Of a stretch of 32,000 bases of DNA, positions 23,162-32,000 are shown piece after piece. The notes below the pieces were generated by a model. That model was given only the letters and a program-made list of their open reading frames with translations, was not told the origin of the DNA and searched no databases. The first letter of the stretch is position 1; every line of letters starts with the position of its first letter. A program made the translations under genes and the position numbers. Location of the stretch: assembly GCA_054661495.1 (NCBI GenBank), contig BAAFSQ010000017.1, forward strand, positions 1-32,000, read 5' to 3'. The stretch comes from Zygophlyctis sp. KS116 (lineage: Eukaryota > Fungi > Chytridiomycota).

Positions 23162-24092
23162 TTAGTCTGTTAATATTAAAGCACCATCTTTGGTAATCAA
23201 AATTGTATGTTCAAATTGAGCAGCACGTCCATTATCTAGAGTTAATATAGTCCATTCATCAGGTGCCTTTATAAAATCACTTTTACCCTGAGTTAAAATT
23301 GGCTCTATATATTAATTCTATAGAGTACCTATAGTAAATACCATTCCAGGTTTCATTAAAACATCATAATCATTTTCAAAATGTTCTATAAGAGGAGCTT
23401 GATGAAAACTTGATCCAATCCCATGTCCACAAAATTCCTTTGAGATTGAATAATTTGAATTTAAATCAACATATTCTTGTATTGTATTTCCTATTGTACA
23501 AAATGGTACACCAGGTCCACATTTAGATATAGCAATTCTTAAAGATTCTCTAGTTTTTTCAACCAAATCTTTTCCTAAATCATCTACTACTCCAACTAGT
23601 ATTGTCTTTGAACAATCTCCATGAAATCCATTCTTAAATACTGAAACGTCTACATTTATAATATCACCATCTTCTAAAGGTCTATTATCTGGAACTCCTA
23701 ATAATAAGATTTGTAAATTTACCATGACAAATTACATTATTAACAGACGTACATATTGATGCAGGATAGTTATGATAAAACAGCGGTGATGGGTATGCAT
23801 TACTAGAAATTATTTTGTCATACGCCAATTGATTTAATCGTGCAGTTGTAATTCCAGGTTTGACATGATCGCTAATCCATTCTAGAGTATTTCTAGTCAA
23901 TGCATTAACTTTTTTAATTTTTTCCAGAGAATCATTGTTGTAAATTGGAACATGTACAATCAAATCTTGAGGGATCCCACTTTTAAAATATTCAGGTTTT
24001 TCAATACTTGCAGGAATACTAGATTTGCATGAATTAAAGTCTAAATTAAGCTGTTTTGGCTTTAAAATTGAGTATTTTCCAAATCTTTTCAT
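23162..24092 (-). CDS. Methionine aminopeptidase type I (METAP1D-like, likely mitochondrial)
   Basis: CTSVNNVICHG^VPD, DIINVDVSV..GFHGD, GHGIG..FH, FTI^EP, AAQFEHT; no N-terminal zinc finger; introns 23698-23722, 23305-23328. Confidence 0.92.
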
Positions 24093-24108
24093 TTAAAATT
24101 TGTTTAAA

Positions 24109-25304
24109 ATGGGAATTCACGGCCTCACAAAAGTGATTGGAGATCATGCACCGCTAGCTATTAAAGAAGGAGATATTAAAAACTTTTTTGGAAGGAAAGT
24201 AGCGGTTGATGCGTCAATGTCTATTTACCAATTTCTTATTGCTGTCCGACAACAAGATGGACAACAATTGGTAAACGACGCTGGTGAAACTACTTCGCAC
24301 TTGATGGGATTGTTTTATAGAACTATAAGAATGGCTGAAAATGGAATAAAGGTCTTGTATTGCTTTGATGGGAAGCCACCAGACATGAAGTCTTCTGAAT
24401 TGGCTAAAAGAGGAGAAAAAAGATTAGAAGCTCAGAATGCAGTTGATGCCGCTACAGAAGCAGGGGATGTTGAAAATGTACAAAAATTTGAGAAGAGAAC
24501 AGTCAAAGTTACTAAAGAACATAATAAGGAATGTCAAAGACTCTTGGGTTTAATGGGAATTCCATTTGTTGAATCTCCAGGAGAAGCAGAGGCTCAATGT
24601 GCTGCTTTAGCTAAAGCTGGGATTGTTTATGCTGCTGGAAGTGAGGATATGGATACATTAACTTTTAACTCTCCTTTTTTACTTCGTCATTTAACATTTT
24701 CTGAAGCTAGAAAGTTGCCAATTATGGAAATTTCTCTTGAAAAGGTTTTAAAAGGTTTAGATTTTAGTATGGATCAGTTTATTGATTTATGTATTTTACT
24801 TGGTTGTGATTATTGTGATTCAATTCGTGGTATTGGTCCTACTCGTGCTGTTCAACTTGTTCGTGATCATGGATCTATTGAAGGAGTAATAGCGGCTTTA
24901 GATCCTAAAAAGTATAAAATTCCTCAAGATTGGCCTTTTGAAGAAGCTAGAAGACTCTTTAAGAATCCTCTAGTCACTCCTCCTTCAGAACTTGAAGTAA
25001 TTTTATAGAGATTTTAGTAATATTTTAGATTAAATGGAAAGATGCAGATGAAGAAGGGATTGTAGAATTTTTATGCAAAGAAAAACATTTTAATGAAGAA
25101 CGTGTAAGAAAAGCAGTACAAAAGTTTGCAAAAGCAAAGGCTAGTGGTACACAGGGTAGACTTGATTCATTTTTCAAAGTATTACCAAAGACTGGTGATT
25201 CTAAAAAGAGTGATGGGACTGAAAAGAATATCAAGGCCAAGAGTGCTGGAAAGAGCAATGCAAGAAAGGGCGAGGTGGGAGGCAAACCAAAGAAAAAGAA
25301 ATAA
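24109..25304 (+). CDS. FEN1: Flap endonuclease 1
   Basis: [37 protein letters not shown] box QGRLDSFF; intron 24997-25028. Confidence 0.98.
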
Positions 25305-25326
25305 ATTTCGCGTTTAAAACCTATAA

Positions 25327-27135
25327 ATGGAAGACGATTGGAGGAATTCATACAATCCATACTCTCGACCGCATTCTCCGCCTGTTATGTATCCACCACA
25401 GTCCAACTTTATAAAGGATAGCTATTCTAATAATGGTCTATTGAGCTCTGGGCTTATAAAACCTTCAAGTAATTTTATGGGTCCATGGCACACTATACAA
25501 CTGGACAAAGCTTCTTCCGCTAGGAATATGATGGGGCAGGCTCATGTTCATTCTAGGGAGGCTACTTCTGCTGCTAAAAGTTCTAGTAAATTAAAGGAAA
25601 CAGAGTTGATCATTGGTGCGGATGAGACTGTTTGGTCAGCATTGGATATCGGTGGACTTGGCTTGACAAATATTTCAAAGGAATTGTATAGATTTTCCTT
25701 TTTAACGCATCTGTACTTGAATCATAATCAACTCGGCTTTCTTTCTCCAGATATTTGTCTATTGAAGAATCTTAAATTTTTAGACTTGACAGGAAATAAA
25801 CTGTCTACTCTACCGCCAGAGATAGGTCTATTGACATCTTTAGTAGAATTATGGTTGTTTGATAATCAGATTACTTTTTTACCAAATGAAATGGGACAAT
25901 TGTATCAATTAGAATTTCTAGGGATAGAAGGGAATTTGTTGGGAGATCCTTTTGATGTATTAATAAGAAAAGAAGGTACTAGTGCAGCAATTGCATATCT
26001 TCGAGATACTTGTCCAGGTATTATTATTTTACTTTAATATTTTAGTTCGTCCTATGCCAGCAGAAAGAGAATGGATTCAGTTGGAAGAAGAAACATCGCA
26101 AGAAGTGTTTACAATAATGTGTTATAATACGCTTTGTGAAAAGTATGCAACTCCTCAAGTTTATGGTTATACACCTTCTTGGGCTTTGGCTTGGAGCTAT
26201 AGAAAAGATTTATTACTGCAAGATATTTTGAATTATAGTGCAGATATTGTTTGTTTGCAGGTAATTTTAAAGACCTAAAAAGTGTAGGAAGTTGAGGCTG
26301 CTCAATTTGAAGAGTTTTTTAAAGAACAATTGTCACAATTGGGAGAATACGCAGGAGTCTTTTATCCAAAGTCTAGGGCCCGTACAATGTCTGAATCTGA
26401 TAAGAAATATGTAGATGGATGTGCTACATTTTACAAAACATCAAAGTATTTTATCTAATTGTTAATTTTAGATTCCGCCTGCTGGAACAGCATCATGTAG
26501 AATTTCAACAAATTGCAATGCAAAGGCCTGATTTGAGAAAAACAGAAGATGCATTTAATCGTGTAATGGTAAAGGATAATATTGCTGTAGTGACTCTACT
26601 GGAGCATAAGGTTTCTGGCCAAAGATTGGTAGTTGCCAACGCTCATCTTCATTGGGATCCTGCATTTAAAGATGTAAAACTGATACAGTCTGGAATGTTA
26701 GTGGAAGAGCTGACAAGACTAATCACTGAGTGGAGTCGTAATCAAAGAGGAAAGAATTATCCTCTCCTAATTGCTGGAGATTTCAATTCTCTTCCTGATT
26801 CTGGAGTCGTAGAATTCCTAAGTCAAGGATCTGTCATTGCATCACATTCTGATTTGGGATCTTATTCCTATGGAGAATATACCGAGCGAGGATTATCTCA
26901 TTCATTTTCCCTAAAGTCTGCTTATTCTCATACTGATGCAATTGATTTTACAAACTTTACTCCTTCCTTTAAAGGTGTTATAGATTATATATGGTATGCA
27001 ACAAACTCTATTGTTGTATGTGGACTTTTGGCCCATGTTGACCGGGAATATATGCGACAGTGTGTTGGATTTCCTAATGCACATCATCCCTCTGATCATA
27101 TACCCCTTGTTGTCGCGTTTCGATGCAAAAAATAG
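25327..27135 (+). CDS. CCR4: CCR4 deadenylase (LRR + EEP)
   Basis: LRRs, YNTLCEKYAT..YGYTPSWAL, CLQ^E, HLHWDP..DVKL, GDFNS, PSDH; introns 26018-26045, 26261-26287, 26446-26471. Confidence 0.96.
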
Positions 27136-27198
27136 TTTTTAGAATAGATGAACTCATGTAAAAACTTGATAGACTCAAATAAAACCTTTTTTTTAGTT

Positions 27199-27929
<731 letters not shown>

Positions 27930-28070
27930 TTTAAGCTTTTTTTTTCCTGACAAGGGTTTGAACCCTAAAGATGGGCTAAACAATTTTGATTTCTGACAAT
28001 TTCATCTCAAAGAGATCTTTTTAATCTTGGAATTTTACAATAAAATTTAAATTATTTTTTTTGAGAATAT

Positions 28071-28526
28071 CTAAGAATCTTCCATTCCTGCCAATAGTAA
28101 AGATAATTGATTTTGTAGGGCTTGAACTTGTTTTACAACTGCTTCTCTTGCCTCTTGTCCAACAATGGCTTTAGAAAAAAAATCTGGCTGGAGATTAGTT
28201 GGGTCAAAGTCCAAGACTGTGTTTTGTCCAAGGGGTAGAACAACTGAGCATGTGGAATTTGTAATATCAGTCCCAGAAAATACTTGTGATCCTCGTAATG
28301 TGATTCTCCTTTTTTCAGACTGCTCTTGTAAAAGGTTTGGATGAGTCAGGTTTCCTTGATATTTGTCTAATAGTTCACCAACAGAGATTTCACGCGCTTT
28401 ACACGGAAGAGATTCCAAGACTTTAGTGTGGTTATTAGATATTGTTTTTAATTGTTTTTTAACTAGTGCTTTTAAGGCTCGTATTCTAGTCTGCCAGTCT
28501 TTTGTTGTAATCTTCTTCTTTGCCAT
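28071..28526 (-). CDS. Putative Borealin/Nbl1-like chromosomal passenger subunit
   Basis: Helical N-terminus ending VLESLPCKAREISVGELLDKYQG resembles Borealin_N (L.rLP..lRem); C-terminal helix EAREAVVKQVQALQNQL. Pattern resemblance only. Confidence 0.45.
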   Translation of the reverse strand: MAKKKITTKDWQTRIRALKALVKKQLKTISNNHTKVLESLPCKAREISVGELLDKYQGNLTHPNLLQEQSEKRRITLRGSQVFSGTDITNSTCSVVLPLGQNTVLDFDPTNLQPDFFSKAIVGQEAREAVVKQVQALQNQLSLLLAGMEDS

Positions 28527-28595
28527 TATGTAAATCTCTTTTTTTTAAATTCCGCACACAATTAAAAACTAGAAATCTGTATTTATATACTAAAC

Positions 28596-30010
28596 TCAAC
28601 ACATGCCCTGACTTGACATTTCTTGCTTTACTAAAGCAAAAACTTTGAGCATTTTCCTGCGGGCTCCTAGAGCTGCAACACCCTTATCAATCAAATCTTG
28701 ATCAGTCAAATCAATCATATCCTGCCAAATCATACTCTCAAAAATTGGAGTGTATTTATGAAGCCTTAGACTTCGAAGCCATGAAGGAATGTCTAATATT
28801 TTAATTTTATAAAATTACCTGATAAAGCAGAGAGATCGACTTGGTCTGGAATCTTTCCTTTTTCCTTGTGAGATGCTCCAGCAGATCCACTTCTCTTAGA
28901 GGACTCACCCACAGATCCACTTCTTTTTGAGGAACTGCGGTTTGAGACTCGGTCATCATCCGACGTCTCAAACTTTGGAGAAGAAGGTGAGGAACCTTGC
29001 CTCATTCTAGTTGGGGATGGTTTAGAAGATCCTGAATATTTTTGTGCGTGTGGTGTCACTAGTGACAGCGGTCGGAATGCCAAGTCTCCCATTAATAGAG
29101 GAGAATTGGCTGCATCAATATTTTGTTGTGATTTTGTAAGATTTGGAGGATGAGATAGTTGAGTACTGGGCAAAGAAGGCCCTCCAGGCGCCATTGTAGT
29201 TAAAGGAAATCCGCTGTTTGATGTGGCTTTTACAGACCAATCCGCTGAAGATATTGCTTCATCAGCTGGAGTCGACGGCCTATGAATTATTGTGGGGATC
29301 CCGCTCAATGAACTATTTGCTGCATATGAATGAATTGGAGAAATGTGATTCCCTGAATTTATGCTATTTCTAACACTATCCAGTGGAGATCCCAATCCTT
29401 CCAACTCCTCAAAATTTGGATTAGAGTATCTATCATATAATCTTCTTGAAGGTCTTGAAGGTGCGGTAGGAAGCATTGGAGAGATTACATTCATTCCTGG
29501 AAAGTATGAGTCTTGATCATTAACTGCAAGTGTTGGATCTGCAGATCTAGGACCAGCCATTCCCATTGTGGTGGAAATAGATAAATTGGATAATTTCTTT
29601 TGAAGTTTGGGAGATGATCGAAAATTTACTGGATTTTCCTTCTCTGAGGAGACTCCCAGTCCAACTGATTCCTTTCCTGACATTTGTTGTAGAAGAGTAA
29701 GAAAGAATTTAACTTGCTCTGAATTTAAGTTTCGGACAAGAGAAAACAATGCAGTTGTTTTTTCTGATTCAGATAGTACTTCGAACCATCCCTGTATAGC
29801 AGCCAACTCTTCTTTGAATGCATCATCCACTTGGGAGGCATGGATTTGAGATAATGTACCCTCATAAAGAGTCAAATCTTCAAACCATTTGTCAATTACT
29901 AAGTTGTTAGGGGGAAAATTTAGTCTACCCTTTGATTCAGGCGCATTGAAGGATGGTAGTGAATCTGAAGTGTGCCGGGGAAATCGGAAATGTGGACCTT
30001 TTCTATCCAT
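28596..30010 (-). CDS. VTS1: SAM-domain RNA-binding protein Vts1/Smaug
   Basis: [17 protein letters not shown] region and SAM domain [30 protein letters not shown] after intron 28793-28818. Confidence 0.93.
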
Positions 30011-30108
30011 TCAGTATTAATTGTTCACAAAAATTTAATCGCTTCTATAAATAGAATTGTCTGGAAATAGACTTGCCACGAGAATAGCACAACACGTCCA
30101 AATTTAGA

Positions 30109-31543
30109 TTAAAAACGAAGCGCGTACGCGTTTCTTAACCAAGAACCAACTAATAGCACAGCAAGACTCAAAGAAATTACAAAGATCCAATTAAGATTTT
30201 GGGATTGCAGTACTAATTTCAAATGATTCTCCAAAGATAAACTAAATGAATCAGATGAAAAGAGTTTCTTAACCCGCTCTGCACCAGCCTTTTTAAATGC
30301 AACCAATTCATCATTTGAGAGTGACATAATTTTATCCATTGCAACAGCAAATGCATCCGGATTAGGCTCAACTAAATAACCTGTACTTCCATTAACTACA
30401 GACTCTTTAGGACCACCATTATTGACAGCAATCACTGGTAAACCCGAGATCATTGCTTCCACTGGTACAATACCAAAATGTTCAAACGAAGGAGTGTATA
30501 GCAAACACAGAGATGAAGAGAAAAGAAAAGACCTTTCAGATTTTGTAAATGAAGGAAGAAATAAAACTGGAGCATCCTTTAAACAGTCTCTATCCGAAAA
30601 TTCCATTTTAAGATCAACCACGAGATTCTTTAATTCTCTTAAATATTCTACATTTTCAGCAACTAGTGAATCATAACCTCCTTTGACTAATGAAATTTCT
30701 AATATTACCTGCAATCACCAATTGATAATTCTTTAAAACTTTTGAACCTAATAAAGCAAAAGCCTTTATAGCCAATTCAATACATTTTTTCCTTTCAAAT
30801 CTATTAATTGACAAAAACCTGATTCTAAATCTAAAATTATAAATTACAATATAGAAAATTACGTTTTTAATACTGTTAATTCTACGTGATCTTGACCATA
30901 AGATTCTATATTGATACATGGATATAAAACCTTTGGAATTCTAGAAATTAAAGGAAATGCATCTTTAAAAACAGTTGCTGTAAACTGACTATTCACTAAA
31001 ATTTCATCAGCCATTCCTATTCTTAAATATTTCCCTCTTACCTGTTGTCCATTGTTCTAGCGCATCTATAGGCAACCTATAAACTTTTTTAATCCAAGAT
31101 TCTCTTTTAGCAAGTAATTTATCTGGAAAATGACAATAAAACAAAATCTAGAATAAATTTCCACTAAATTACTTTTGTACTCGGACAAATTATTTTGAGT
31201 AATACTAGCCCAGCAGACAACTGATCAACAAAATACACGTCTCTCTTATACCGCCAACAATATAAAATAAGAGAAATCTGTCTAATAATCGCAAAAACAA
31301 TTTTCCCCTTTCCCAATACTTGTTGAGGCCAAAAATCACCAAAGACTCTTACTACTAAATCTTTTTTAATTAATTAAATTGTAGTCAAATACCTCTAGTC
31401 TCTTCAAAACAATGATCCTTATCATGATGAGAAGTAAATATATCAACTTGATGACCTAATTTCTGTAATCCAATTGCAGCATCCACAACAAGCCTTTCTG
31501 CCCCACCAATCCCTAGATCTGGATGTATAAATGCAACTCTCAT
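30109..31543 (-). CDS. ALG2: Alpha-1,3/1,6-mannosyltransferase
   Basis: [53 protein letters not shown]-terminal TM helix; introns 31361-31392, 31148-31172, 31017-31041, about 30831-30862, 30681-30708. Confidence 0.96.
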
Positions 31544-31592
31544 CAATTTCAAATTAGGTTGTAAATCTACACACAACTCTAAAACTATAGTA

Positions 31593-31910
31593 ATGAATCA
31601 GTCACTCATTGAAATCCTTGATCTTGTGGGAGAATACCAATCCATTTCTAACTCTAGAAATCTCCACTTAAAAAAAGCATATATCCTCTTGTCTAAATCT
31701 AAAATCTCAATGGGGACATTTGATCTATCTAGTTTTTATGATTATAGATCCATTAAATCTAAAGATCCATTAACCCAATTTGGCCTTCTTCTCCCTCCTT
31801 GTCTTTTAGAATCCTCTAAAATCTTTAAAAAAGCCATTGAATATAATTTACATTTGGCAGAAATTTCTAGACAAATTTCCTGTAAATTAGCAAATTTCAA
31901 CAAGATTTAA
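31593..31910 (+). CDS. VMA22: V-ATPase assembly factor Vma22/CCDC115-like
   Basis: [16 protein letters not shown] and [14 protein letters not shown]...FKKAIE match the family pattern (L.kA...mG; DPl..FG.l.P..L). Confidence 0.7.
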   Translation: MNQSLIEILDLVGEYQSISNSRNLHLKKAYILLSKSKISMGTFDLSSFYDYRSIKSKDPLTQFGLLLPPCLLESSKIFKKAIEYNLHLAEISRQISCKLANFNKI

Positions 31911-32000
31911 TGTCTTTTAACTTTATCTGACACATTTTTTAAAGAATCTTGATAGTCTTGATCTTCTTTTTTCCAATTTTCCATATAAAGAGACATTTTA
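31907..32000 (-). CDS. Probable 3' end of a gene entering from the right edge
   Basis: Open frame ...[29 protein letters not shown] ending at TAA 31909-31907. Confidence 0.45.
   Translation of the reverse strand, partial: KMSLYMENWKKEDQDYQDSLKNVSDKVKRH

Overview
Eukaryotic, AT-rich, extremely compact gene-dense window. It most likely comes from a zoosporic (flagellated) fungus, because a Zn2Cys6 factor occurs together with the ciliary/centriolar genes WDR92 and LRRC45; this is inference. I reconstructed 23 complete protein-coding genes plus one partial by hand-splicing about 70 GT-AG micro-introns, nearly all 24-33 nt. Most intergenic gaps are under 100 nt, some as short as 1-22 nt. Housekeeping genes: COPA, NC2-beta, UVSSA, WDR92, PP1, CHORD, LRRC45, acyl-CoA synthetase, phosducin-like, MetAP, FEN1, CCR4, Ran, Vts1, ALG2 and Vma22. 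Four things stand out. (1) An intronless DUF4258-like + vWA + alpha-kinase fusion, possibly foreign or conflict-related. (2) A pyruvate-kinase paralog with substituted catalytic residues (RGD->RGY, TQM->NQM). (3) A box C/D snoRNA inside the only long intron, in an apparently non-coding host transcript. (4) Near-zero gene spacing. All assignments rest on motif recognition by eye; no database searches were run.
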